From NCBI GenBank assembly GCA_002269645.1, contig NIVC01000068.1, positions 186,001 through 250,000 of the forward strand: a DNA stretch of 64,000 bases, in the 5' to 3' direction. Every line of letters begins with the position of its first letter. The stretch's first letter is position 1. Under the pieces are notes generated by a model. That model was given only the letters and a program-made list of their open reading frames with translations. It ran no database searches and was not told the origin of the DNA. Source of the stretch: Macrostomum lignano (taxonomy: Eukaryota). This document shows positions 12,993 to 26,700 of the stretch, piece by piece. The position numbers and the translations under genes are program-made.

Positions 12993-15731
12993 ATTTTTAG
13001 TTTTTTAATTTTAGTTTTTTAATTTTAGTTTTTTACTACTTCGGACTCTTTTCATTTCTAAAAAATAATCTTGTTTCTAAGAACTCTTTTCATTTTGTTT
13101 TAATTGCAATTTTAACTTTATATTTTCACATAAACAATGAATACACAAATAACCATGGGTTTGTAAAACCATGATTCACCTTCATTTTACTTTCAAAATT
13201 GGCTTTTGTCTTTTTTTCATTTCTTTGGTATATTTTTGAAACTGCATGTATATTGGACAGGCCTAATCAGATAACTGAATTCATCAACAATGCCTATTAA
13301 GGTAGCCAAATTCGTCAACAGAGTTGACAAATTTGGTGGCACCCTGCTAAAAAAAACTTGTACATTTGCACAAACATTTCTGGCAAACTTTGCATAACTT
13401 TATAAAGTTTATAATTATCTTTTCAAAAGAGAATTATAAATCATAATCATAATTAGTATGAATCATAATCCACACTTTTTGACATTACCTAGGATCGAAT
13501 CTTTGCATAACAATTTTGGAACAAAAAGTTGCACTCAAATTTTTGCGCAAGTTTTTTGGCACTTGAATTTTTAAGCAATTTTTTTACAATGTTTTTTAAA
13601 GTTTAAATAAATCTTTAAAAATAAATTTTATAATTCTCTTTTCATAAGAATTTTGAACTTGTTAGATATAGGCCTAAATTATGGTAGCATATGACTTATC
13701 ATAATGGCAATAGTCAATAGGAGTATGGGTTAATAGGGCCTATACAAAAATGAGTTTTTATTCTATAATAGGCCTATACTTTTAGATATATGCTGCAAAC
13801 TATAGTTATGTTACATTAGATAGGGCCTACTAATATTATATTAATCATATACAGGTGAGCTTTAGCTTGAATGTATTATCATATATGTCTAGCCCTAGCT
13901 GGCCCCTGGCTGAAGCTTTAGATAAACTTAGTAAGCTCTCTTTCCTAGAGGCCTAGTGCATAGGCCTACCATGTATATATAGTAGGCCTACATAGGTCAT
14001 AGTACTAAAAACTAGGCCTAGACCACTTAGGACCTTATTGTTGCATTTAAGAATTTTTCAAAAAGAACTGTATCTTTGTAAGTACAAGCCATAGAGTTGT
14101 AGAGGTTCCTGGACACTTTGTCATTGAATAGGGCATAGTAAAGGCCTAACGTCTAACGAATTTTTTTTGGCCATGAAAATAATGGCAGGAGAAACAAAGA
14201 TAAAGGCAAGACTAGGCCTACCAATCGTTAGAGTTATAGAGCATAGTTTCTGTCGAAGAGCAGGAGTTAGAGTAGGCCTACAAGTACAACTACAACTAGA
14301 AGTATAGATGGGCTGATAGGCATTGGCTTGTCTCTTCTCGAATTTTAAATATTCTTTTGAACCCCGCTGTAATCAGAGGCCTAGTAATTTTTTTACTTTA
14401 ACTTTAAACAATTGCTTAATTTAAACTATGAAAATGGAAATATGGAAAGGTGGTTCTTTGCAGTCAGCACCACTGGATCGGAAGGACACGACCCGAGGTG
14501 GCTGGAATAAACTCGTCCACTAGTCATGTTGATATGCCATGCAACCGAACCTGTCGTAGAAAAAATACTTTTAAATTGAAATTTGAAACCTAAAATTTAT
14601 GTAAAAAAGGCTTAAAAACAAATTAGTATATAAATGCATATAAAAAATCAAAATAAATTTTTTAATTTTTTTAGTTATCTTACATTTTTTAATCTAAGCT
14701 AAAACTATTTTTGTTTTAGAATGAAAATTTTTTTCAGGCTTGGCAATTTAACTAAAGATTTCAAAAAGGAATACTATGACGCAAACAAAATATGCAGTGC
14801 GGTAAAGTAACAAAACCTTATAACATCGCGTTTGAAATGGAAAATATAGAAGTTTTTTGCACGATGCCTTAACATAAATGTTAAGAAAGCCTGCTTCAGT
14901 CCGAGTGCAAAACCTTACAAAGATCATAGATTTTTCCCAGATAACTTAAGCAAAGTTAAAACCAACAATATATTTTTTAAACTGGTGGTTCATAGCTAGC
15001 TGCTAGTTTTGGCTATTTGCTCAAACAAAGTTAACCAATTGTTTAAGAACTTCATCCTAAGCAGTTTGAAAAACTGTGTTTCCCGGGTTTTTTTAACAGA
15101 TTTAACCGTTTTAACAAAACGGAAAGCGATTTAATTTAAAAAGTGGGATTTCTACGAAACCGAAAGAAATTACTCCTATAGGCTTTTCACGAAGATCGGT
15201 TCCTCCAGAAGCAGAATAATTCCGATTCCAGAACCAGAATCAGTAGGAAAATGAAAAGCGTCGAATTTTTCTATTCTATTTTTGTCTTAATATATTACTT
15301 CTCAAAGGATAAAAACATTTTTATTTAAAATCGAGAAACCAGTATTTTTTTAATGCTTGAAATGTTATTTCAAAGCCGCGGGGTTGGCAAAGTTTATTAC
15401 ACCACCTGTTTGCACATCAATCTTGCATTTTTTTAATACTCATATAAATATATGCGCAAAATAGCATAAAATCTTCGCTGTTATTCTATCTATTAGAATT
15501 AAAGTCCTACCTCAATGAACCATTTTTACACATAAAAAATAAATAGGGGCATAGGGCCTATACACTTTTTGGACTATTTAAGATTTTATTAGACTTCCTT
15601 ATTTTCAACAATTTTTGATATATTATAATATTACAGGCTTTTTTCTTTCTTGTGAAAATCATACCATTTGCTCTATTATAGAATATCTCTCACTAAGTTG
15701 TACTAGGCCTAGGCCTAGGCATAGGCCTATG

Positions 15732-16755
15732 ACAGTCATTTTGGTGACAAGTAGAGGTCGGACGGGATCCCGATCCCGATCCCGAAATCTCGGGATCCCG
15801 AGGAAAATTGAATTCCCGCGGGACCAGAATCCTGACCCTAAAAAACTCGAGATTTGAGAACAGGTCTTTCGATTAATAATTTATAGAATTAGTGATTACT
15901 TGAAGGTATTTTGCTTTAACTTGTACTCGTTACATTATTTACTTTGTTGGTTACAAAACTTCATATTAATTTCATTGTGTTTTACTTCTTGATCTTGACA
16001 ATCTTTTCTCAATTTTGTTTAACTTTATATGGACAATACACTAAAAGACCTGATCCCGATTCCCGAAATCCCGATCCCGATCCCGAGAAAAAAATTATTC
16101 CCGATCCCGTTCCCGCTCGAAGATTTCAATCCCGTCCGACCTCTAGTGACAAGACATTTTGGTGACAAGAAAAATACCCTTTTAGTGATAGCCATTCTGT
16201 TTTTAAACAGAAAATTTGCTTGCAAATCTTAAAAGGATATTGAACCTAAAGTTTTATAATTTTTTGAAAAGGTTAAGTTCTGCTTTATTTAATTTTGTTT
16301 ATTTACAATTAAAGAGTTGCAGTCTTTTGAATTGTTTTTCAATCCAAATGTCTCTATACAGCATCAATTTCAATTTCTGCTTTTCTCGTGGTCGGCATTT
16401 CATGAGGATTCTCTATATAGGTTTATGGTTAATGTGTCTGAAAACTCTGGGACAATTCAAAATGATCTGTACAGGAAGAAGACAACATAATTAGTTTTAT
16501 TTGTTTTCCTAAATATATTAATCTTTCAATGAAAATTTTTAAATATATATGTACAAAGCATAAATCTTAACAAAATAACTACAAGCTAATATTATGAAGT
16601 GCCTCTTTTCACCAAAATGACAATACTTATAATATCATTAATTTTTCATAAAAAATGAAGTGTGTCTATCACAAAAGCAACTTGTCACCAAAATGACTAT
16701 TTGTCACCGAAATGTCTATCACCGAAACAACTTGTCACCGAAATGACTGGTATCC
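15732..16755. mobile_element. MULE-like MITE with subterminal repeats, host of the nested element
   Basis: Left CAGTCATTTTGGTGACAAG versus right CTTGTCACCGAAATGACTG(GTATCC); several TGTCACC(G/A)AAATG copies at 16600-16750. Identical 9-mer AGGCCTATG at 15723-15731 and 16756-16764 is a candidate TSD. The left terminus seems to lack ~6 bp. Confidence 0.6.
15752..16145. mobile_element. 394-bp hAT-type MITE
   Basis: Perfect 17-bp TIR TAGAGGTCGGACGGGAT; perfect 8-bp TSD GTGACAAG (15744-15751 and 16146-16153); subterminal ATCCCG repeats at both ends. Confidence 0.92.
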
Positions 16756-17712
16756 AGGCCTATGTGCTTTCTATTATGGCTATGATTTATCCTTTTAATC
16801 TTATGATACTTTTTAGTCATTAAAGTTTATACTAACTTAGTTGGCTATTGTTGCTTTGATTTACCACTAGTAGCTTCAGTGCCCAAGCAACAAGTTGTAT
16901 TTCTACTAAATTATACTACTAAATCATTAATTACAAATTCCAAAAAAGTATTACTAATTATCAAGGGATTCCTAGCTTAATATATGGAATTATAATCTTT
17001 CACAGCTTGATATTGCATTACACTATTTTTTGTCTAATAGCACACTTTTATTTATTAGGAATTTCTACCCATTTTCCATTTGATAGTAGCCAATTTACCT
17101 AACTCCTTACTGTGCATTATGTCTATGATTTATTCAATAAATCACTAATAAATCACTTTCTTTATAGGCAAAACATTTTAGTTTCAACCCAAAATGGTTT
17201 TGTTTTGCAATTACTACTCTTATCAGCAAACACTGCTTTAACACATCTTAATTTATAGGCACACGGCCTGCACTGCTTCTATCCAAATGACTAAAAAAGA
17301 CTAAAAATTTGTTTAGAATAAGCAAAAGTTAAAGCAGGTAAACTGAATTAACAAAGGTTAAACTGGCAAACTCCAGGTTTAAACTGAGTTAGAAAATTTT
17401 GCTTTATGCTTTTTTATACTTGTTTTAGAAGCTTCCCTTTTAGATTACACATAGTCTAATAAAATTGAATGCAGTTTACCAAAACTTAAAATTAAAATAA
17501 GTCATATGGTAAAACAAATTCTGTAAAACAAATAATTTTTGGTGGAAATTTAAAATATAGAAAACTAAAATCTTCTAGTTAAAGTATTATTGGCTAGCAA
17601 GCACTAAATACAATGGATTCCTTTATCTTCCTATTTTAGCTTTATTTATAGTTTTAAAAGAATAAATTTCTGTTACTGATAGTAGCTATTAAACTTTTTT
17701 TCATGTTCCAAA

Positions 17713-20700
17713 ATGTCATCAAATCAACTTGGTGCTCCAAGCAGTGGTGCCAATAGCAAAGTGGTCAGCAAATTCTATAAATTTGGCCAACCCCAGGCAG
17801 CAGAGAAGCAGATGCTGCAGCAGCAGTGCCGCAAACGATTTACTGGCACTCAGTCGCATCCTCGTAAGCAGCCTTTGTTCTCTAGCAAATCGCCTTATTC
17901 AAAGCCAGTTGGAATTAGCAAGCCACCGCCAGGCCACCAGCTGCATCATTTTACCGATTCTCCAGCTAGAAAACAACCTCGAACAGTTTTTCGATTCGAT
18001 TTGGATAAAGATTCGCCTAAATTGTTGTTGGAATCTCAACAGACTGGAACTGAAAATGTAACCAATTCGGAACCAGATTCTTGCCCGGCTGCAAATGGTC
18101 GGTCTTCTTCTTCAAACAGAGTCCAATCTGATGTGAACGAACTTGAAGACGCCGAGTTGGAGCCTTCTAATCAAAGCGAAAGTCATGGCCAGCAGCAACA
18201 GCTTAGCAACAATGCTAATATGAATTCTTGCAATGAATTTTTTGGTCTGCCAATGTTTGTTAAAGATTTGTTGAAAAAGCACAAAGGCATTGATAAGTTG
18301 TACGGTAAGTTTCTTGAGGTATTATTTTTCTATCCTCTTTATTAAATAACAATGTCGACAACTTCATCCATTGTCCAAAGAATCGGCCAATAATCGGTCA
18401 CTTTTTTGTCCACTTCTAAGAATCGGCTATTGTCCACTTCTAAGAATCGGCTATTGTCCACTTCTTAGAATCGGCTATTGTCCACTTCTAAAAGAATGGG
18501 TCATTGTCCACTTCTAAAATTATGGACCATCGCTTCTAAAAATTGGCCATTGTCCACTTCCAAGAATCGGCCATTGTTCACTTCTTACAATCGGCGATTG
18601 TCCAATTTTAAAAATCGGCCATTGTCCAATTTTAAGAATCGGCCATTGTCCAATTTTAAGAATCGGCCATTGTCCAATTTTAAGAATCCTCCATTGTCCA
18701 CTTTTAAGAATCGGCCATTGTCCAATTTTAAGAATCGGCCATTGTCCACTTCTAAGAATCGGCCATTGTCCTCTTCTAAGAATCGGCCATTGTCCTCTCT
18801 CCTAAGAGTCGGCCATTGTCCACTTCTAAGAATCGGCCATTGTCCACTTCTAAGAATCGGCCATTGTCCACTTTTAAGAATCGGCCATTGTCCTCTTCTA
18901 AGAGTCGGCCATTGTCCACTTCTAAGAATCGGCCATTGTCCACCTCTAGGAATCGGCCATTGTCCACCTAAGAATCGGCCATTGTCCACCTAAGAATCGG
19001 CCATTGTCCACCTAAAAATCGGCCATTGTCCACCTAAGAATCGGCCATTGTCCAACTCGAAGAATTGGCAATAGTCCAATATCCAGAGTCTAAGAGTTGC
19101 TTCAACCCCCCCCCCTCAACGCCCTCAGACTGGCAGACAGACTGCCTGTCCATGCCAGCAGTTCAGTCCGGCGGCAACTTGGTGTACAGCTTGCCAACAA
19201 GCGGTGGCAAAACATTGGTAGCGGAACTGCTCATACTCCAACAGTTGCTAGTGAACGGTCGAGATGCATTATTCGTGTTGCCGTTTGTCTCAATAGTACA
19301 GGAGAAAGTTCTATCAACTAGCGCCCTAGGACTCGAGCTGGGGTTCCTAGTGGAAGAATACGCTCACCATAAGGGTCGACTACCACCCGTGAAGCGTAGA
19401 AATCGAAAAACGTTATACATCGCCACTATTGAGAAGGCTCTGACCCTGGTTAACAGTCTGATTGAAGAGAAACGAATCGAAGAATTGGGTATTGTAGTTG
19501 TGGACGAGTTGCACATGATTGGTGAATCTGGACGGGGCTCTACATTGGAGTCCTTAATTACTAAGGTGCTAATATTATTTAGATTTTGCAATCTTGCCTG
19601 GAATAGTTCAGATATGAATAGCAGATTACTTCTGCGTTATTCTTGAAAAGTTGCAGTTTAGCTAGCCGAAAAAATCGCCCATAGACTATCTGGAGAATCG
19701 CTCATAGACAGGAGAATCGCCCATAGATAGAAAACTATCCAGAGGATCACCCATAGACTATCCAGAGAATCGCCCATAGAATATCCAAAGAATCGCCCAT
19801 AGAATAACCAGAGAATCGCCAATAGAGTATCCAGAGAATCGCCCATAGACTATCCAGAGAATCACCCATAGACTATCCAGAGGATCACCCATTAACTATC
19901 TAGAGAATCGCCCATAGAGTATCCAGAGAATCGCCCATAGAATAACCATAGAATCGCCCATAGAGTATCCAAAGAATCGCCCATAGAATAACCAGAGAAT
20001 CGCCAATAGAGTATCTAGAGAATCGCCCATAGAGTATCCAAAGTATCGCCCATAGAATAACCAGAGAATCGCCAATAGAGTATCCAGAGAATCGCCCATA
20101 GACTATCCAGAGAATCGCCCATAGAATATCCAGAGAATCGCCCATAGAGTATCCTGAGAATTGCCTATAGACTACCAGAAAAATCGCCCATAGACTATCC
20201 AGAGAATCGCCCATAGACTAACGGGAGAATCGCCCATAACCTATCCAGAGGATCACCCATTAACTATCTAGAGAATCGCCCATAGAGTATCCAGAGAATC
20301 GCCCATAGAATAACCATAGAATCGCCCATAGAGTATCCAAAGAATCGCCCATAGAATAACCAGAGAATCGCCAATAGAGTATCTAGAGAATCGCCCATAG
20401 AGTATCCAAAGAATCGCCCATAGAATAACCAGAGAATCGCCAATAGAGTATCCAGAGAATCGTCCATAGACTATCCAGAGAATCGCCCATAGAATATCCA
20501 GAGAATCGCCCATAGAGTATCCTGAGAATTGCCTATAGACTACCAGAAAAATCGCCCATAGACTAACGGGAGAATCGCCCATAACCTATCCAGAGGATCA
20601 CCCATTAACTATCTAGAGAATCGCCCATAGAATATCCAGAGAATCGCCCATAGAGTATCCAGAGAATCGCCTATAGAGTATCCAGAGAATCGCCCATAGA

Positions 20701-23700
20701 CTGTCCAGAGAATCGCCCATAGACTATCCAGAGAATCGCCCATAGACTATCCAGAGAATCGCCCATAGACTAACGGGAGAATCGCCCATAGACTATCTGG
20801 AGAACCGCCCATAGACTATCCGGAGAATCGCCCATAGACTATCTGGAGAACCGCCCATAGACTATCTGGAGAATCGCCCATAGACTATCTGAAGAATCGC
20901 CCATAGACTATCCAGAGAATAACCCATAGACTAACCAGAGAATAACCCATAGACTATCCAGAAACCCTCATAGACTATTTAGAGAATCGCCCATAGACTA
21001 TCCACAGAATCGCCCACAGACTATCAATAATTCACCTTTAGGTATAAAAAATCACTTAAGTATAACTTACGAGTACTCTTATGTCTAGCTGACTACTACG
21101 AGTAATAAACATGTTAATTAAGCAGTATAAATAAAATTTCTTTGATCAGATTCGATTTTGTTCGCCGCGGAGCCGCCTGGTCGGCATGAGCGCCACTCTC
21201 AGCAACTTGGACCAGCTGGCCTCGTGTTTGAAGGCCTCTCTATTCACTGGAAATTTCCGTCCAGTTCAACTGAAAGAATACGTGAAAATTGAAGATACAA
21301 TTTATCGATTAGTAACTAATAGCCCGCAGTCGAATTTGGACGAGTCTTCTTCTAGTATGACGTTTGTTAGGCGGCTGAATCACGATAGTTTTGTTGGTCG
21401 ATTGTATCCGGATAAAGCTAGCCGAGCTGCGGATCCTGACCTGCTGTGCGGACTTGTGCTGGAGGTGAGCATGCGCGTCTTGTAATCTCATTAGTAATCC
21501 AAATGCAATCCGAAACTCAAATTCTATAATCCCAAGATCCCTATGATCCCAAAGGTCCCTATGATCCCAAGATCACAATGATCCCAAGATCCCTATTATC
21601 TTAAGATCCCTATCATTCCAAGATCCCTATGATCCCAAAGGTCCCTATGATCCCAAGATCACAATGATCCCAAGATCCCTATTATCTTAAGATCCCTATC
21701 ATTCCAAGATCCCTATGATCCCAAGATCACAATGATCCCAAGATCCCTATTATCTTAAGATCCCTATCATTCCAAGATCCCTATGATCCCAAAGGTCCCT
21801 ATGATCCCAAGATCACAATGATCCCAAGATCCCTATTATCTTAAGATCCCTATCATTCCAAGATCCCTATGATCCCAAAGGTCCCTATGATCCCAAGATC
21901 ACAATGATCCCAAGATCCCTATTATCTTAAGATCCCTATCATTCCAAGATCCCTATGATCCCAAGATCACAATGATCCCAAGATCCCTATTATCTTAAGA
22001 TCCCTATCATTCCAAGATCCCTATGATCCCAAGATCCCTAAGATCCCAATGATCTTTTTGATCCCAAGATCCCTATGATCTTTTTGATCCCAAGATCCCT
22101 ATGATCTTTTTGATTCCAAGATCCCTATAATCCCAAGATCCCTGTGATCTCAAGATCCCACTGATCCCATGATCCCTATGATCATAAGATCCCGATGATC
22201 CCAAGATTCCTATTATCCTAAGATCCCTATTATCCCAAGATCCCAAGATCCATATGATCCCAAGATCCCTATTATCCCAAGATCCCAAGATCCATATGAT
22301 CCCAAGATCCCTATTATCCCAAGATCACTATTATTCTAAGATCACAATAATTCCAACGATCCAAATGATCCCAAGATGCCATTGATCCCAATATTTCTGT
22401 GATTCCGTATTCCTATAAAATTATAGAATCCTATAATCTATATGACCCCCGTGATTCGGAATCCCAGTTTGTTATTGATCCCAGTTAGGCCTAGAATTAA
22501 TCTAATCGCAAATTAAAATTTATCGTTATTTCATCTACTTTAAGTAGTAAATCCACTTCACCGCCAGGTCATCCCAGCCAAGTCCTGTCTGGTGTTTTGC
22601 CAGTCAAAAAAGTCCTGCGAATCCGTGGCCAACCTCTTAGCCAAGTATCTGCCGCGTCGCCTAGCAACGGCTTCTGGCGTTGGCGATGACGTCTATCGGA
22701 GAAGACAGGTTAATTGATTATTTCAGTTAGCGCATACTTTCCCGAGCCTTCAGGTTTAGCTGTCCCAGTTCCTCCCAATCTTCAGGCTCAGTTCCTCTCA
22801 ATCTTCAGGCACAGTTCCTCCCAATCTTCAGGCACAGTTCCTCCCAATCTTCAGGCTCAGTTCCTCCCAATCTTCAGGCACAGTTCCTCCCAATCTTCAG
22901 GCTCAGTTCCTCCCAATCTTCAAGCACAGTTCCTCCCAATCTTCAGGCACAGTTCCTCCCAATCTTCAGGCACAGTTCCTCCCAATCTTCAGGCACAGTT
23001 CCTCCCAATCTTCAGGCACAGTTCCTCCCAATCTTCAGGCACAGTTCCTCCCAATCTTCAGGCACAGTTCCTCCCAAGCTTCAGGCACAGTTCCTCCCAA
23101 TCTTCAGGCTCAGTTCCTCTCAATCTTCAGGCTCAGTTCCTCCCAATCTTCAGGCTCAGTTCCTCTCAATCTTCAGGCTCAGTTCCTCTCAATCTTCAGG
23201 CACAGTTCCTCCCAATCTTCAGGCACAGTTCCTCCCAACCTTCAGGCACTATTCAAGCGGCTTCGCACAGAGGATTGCGACACGGGCGGCGGTAGCGGCA
23301 GCAACGGAAGCAGCGGTCGTTTTTGCCCTGTGCTGGCGGCCACCCTGCCTTTCGGCGTGGCCTATCACCACAGCGGACTGACAGCCGAGGAGCGTCGCTG
23401 CCTCGAAGATGCCTTCGCCGAAGGCACCCTGTGCGTCATCTGCTGCACCTCCACCCTTGCAGCCGGTGTCAACCTGCCAGCTAAACGAGTCATTGTCCGT
23501 TCGCCAATGGTTGGTGCAGCGTTTATTGGCTTGGCCCAGTACCTTCAGATGGTGGGCAGAGCCGGTAGGGCCGGTCTGGACACTGAGGGCGAGAGTGTCA
23601 CCATTGTGCCTGGCAGGGACCGGCTGCGGTTTATGCAGATGCGCTCGGACACAGGCATGCTTAAGTTAGTGTTTATTGTTTATGTCAGATCTAGAGACTA

Positions 23701-26700
23701 GCGAGTCAGATCTAGAGACTAGCGAGTCAGATCTAGAGACTAGCGAGTCAGATCTAGAGACTAGCGAGTCAGATCTAAAGACTAGCGAGTCAGATCTAGA
23801 GACTAATTAGTCAGATCTAGAGACTGGTTAGTCAGATCTAGAGACTGGTTAGTCAGATCTAGAGACTAATTATTCAGATCTCAAGACTTGTTTTTCAGAT
23901 CCAGAGACTGGTTAGTCCGGTCTAGAGACTGGTTAGTCCGGTCTAGAGACTGGTTAGTCAGATCTATAGAATGGTTAGTCAGATCTATAGACTGGTTAGT
24001 CAGATCTAGAGATTTAAGAAATTACAATCGAGCTGTCAATCATTACATACGACTCAAACAGGTGTCGCAGCCGATTGCACGAAGGCGCCGCTCTGCAGTC
24101 GCTAATCCTGAGCAGCCTCACACTGGGCCTTGCTCGCTGCAGGGACGACATCACCAGCTTGCTTGCCTGCAGCTTCTGGGCTGTGCAAGCTCAGCCGGGC
24201 GAATTGGCCGAAGCGATCGACACCTGCCTGACTCGATTGGACGCCCTGAAGTTGCTGGGCTCTGCGCCAGCATCCAAGGCTGGTCAGGAGCAGCAGTGAG
24301 TGCGCCTTGCAGATGCTGGGCTCTGCCTCTATTGTTTTATTTTGGTAGCTCACGCGGAGCTTTTTCCGGTTTGAATGTTTACCTTAGCAACGCAAACTGG
24401 TGCTTTGTGAGCTCGAATATTCACCTTAGGAACTCAAACTTAAGGCTAATCAGTTCGACTGTTTACCTTAGCAACGCAAACTAATGCTTTTTCAGTTCGA
24501 TTATTTACCTTAGCAACGCAAACTAAGGCTTAATCAGTTTGACTGTTTACCTTAGCAACGCAAACTAATGCTTTGTCATTTCGAATTTTTACCTTAGCAA
24601 CGTAAACTGGTGCTTAGTCAGTTCGATTGTTTACATTTAGCAACACAAACTGATAGTTAATCAGTTCGATTGTTTACCTTAGCAACGTAAACTGGTGCTT
24701 AGTCAGTTCGATTGTTTACATTTAGCAACACAAACTGATAGTTAATCAGTTCGATTGTTTACCTTAGCAACGTAAACTGGTGCTTAGTCAGTTCGATTGT
24801 TTACATTTAGCAACACAAACTGATAGTTAATCAGTTCGATTGTTTACCTTAGCAACGAAAATTGGTGCTTAGTCACTTCGAATGTTTACCTTAGCAACTC
24901 AAACTGATGCTTAGTCAATTCAAATGTTTACCTTAGCAACTCAAACTGATGCTTAGTCAGTTTCAGTATTTACCTTAGCAACAGGAACTAATGCTTAATC
25001 AGTTTGAATGTTTACCTTAGAAACGCAAACTGATGCTTTGTCAGTTAATCTATCTACCTTAGCAACACAAGAGAAATTTAATCAGCTCAGATATTTTAGT
25101 TTTCGTTAAGTTTCGCATAAAAATAGAAAAACTCTAGAAAGAATTGCAATAACCAAAAAATATTTCACAACTTGTCCGAATTTCTATCATATACGAAAGC
25201 TAAAGCTCCAATTGCTTGCTTTTTAGTTTGGAAAATGAATGTAAAAAAACAAGTAAAAAATCATCACATGTGGCCGTGGACCCTGAAGCGGTACACGCAG
25301 GTGTAGTCCGGCTGGCCATGGTTGTTGCCAACCTCCAGCAGGACGTATTTAAACACAGCCGATTCCATCGCCGCCTCGCTGTCCACGATGTGAAAAGTTT
25401 GCGTAGGCGGTCCCGACTCTGCGTCGTAGGCAAAGCAGCCCAGCCGGCGTCCAGTCTTGAAGTCGCACGCCTTGGTCAGTCCGTAGACGCAGAACCGCTT
25501 CGGCGCGCTGGCCACAGAGTTGTTGAACGACTGCAGCCGGCTGATGTGGTCGATGCTGACTGCCGACACGCGAATCGGCCGGCTGAGCTGCACGACCGCC
25601 CGGCCTGGGAAACCGGCGAATGACCAGCAGTCTCCCGGCTGGAGACCCGACGGGCCGCTGATGATTGTCTCTGGATCTGGCAGTTGCCGCCACCAGCGCT
25701 GCCATCGCTGCCACCAGCTTGTCAAGCCGCAGTTGCCATTGTGAGCCAGTAGCACGGCTGCACCGCCGCTCTTCAGCGCATAGTCGGGCAGCTGATCCGC
25801 TTCAACAGTTGAGCCTTGCTGACCAGCCGATCTGACAAACTGTCCACACCGACCATTCAATGCTGATGCCGTCTGTTCAAGCCGACGTAGCTGTACAGAT
25901 TGCTTTTCAAACCTGGCTTCGGTGACAGATTTTAAACTGTCCAGTTGAGCTTGAAGTTTCTCGTGCTCCTTAGAGCGATGCCGATCCCTAGTGATTTGTT
26001 CACTCGTGCACTTCTCTGTCCGCTTGGCTAAGTCTTTGACTTGACCGTCAAGTTTGTCCAGATCCTTCTGCAGCTGCTGGATGCTGCCAGTCTGAATACT
26101 GCTGTCACAGTTTCGTCCCGCGAGTTGTTGAGACCTTGATGCAACAGATTTGCGTTAATCCATGGATGTAAAAACTTGTTTAACAGGGACTGTATATCAA
26201 TACTTCAGATCTTTCAGTGTACTCTAGCCGCATCTCTTTTAGACACTCAAGTGAAGCTTTAAATGCAAATACTCAACGTAATACTATAAGCCCCTTACAT
26301 TCCATGGTTCAAAGCGACAAAAATATTACAAAAACTTGCTTTTAACATTATCTACGACTTATTGATTGCCTCTTAACCAGAAAGGATAGATTAGCCTTAA
26401 CAACAGCTGAATTGGCTTGCAGTTTGTTGGAGACGGCAGCTCGGTATTGCGAATTATATCTCTATATCAGATATAATTGAAAAAATATTGATATTTAACT
26501 TGCCTGTGCTGCGGAGGAATATCTACACCCGGTGTCATATTCATTCTGAGATTGCCGTCCAAAGAGGAATCCAGATTGTCATCATAGATGCCGTCATGGG
26601 TAGCAGCGGTCTTCCAGGCGACCAAAATAATAGACAGGACAATAACTGACAGCAGTAACATTTGCATCCAACTTCGATTGCGTCGAACATTGATATTAGT

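Noticed and set aside
24377-25075. CRISPR-like look (constant core with variable spacers)
   Set aside because: The spacers are homologous to one another, the context is a spliceosomal intron, and no cas genes are present.
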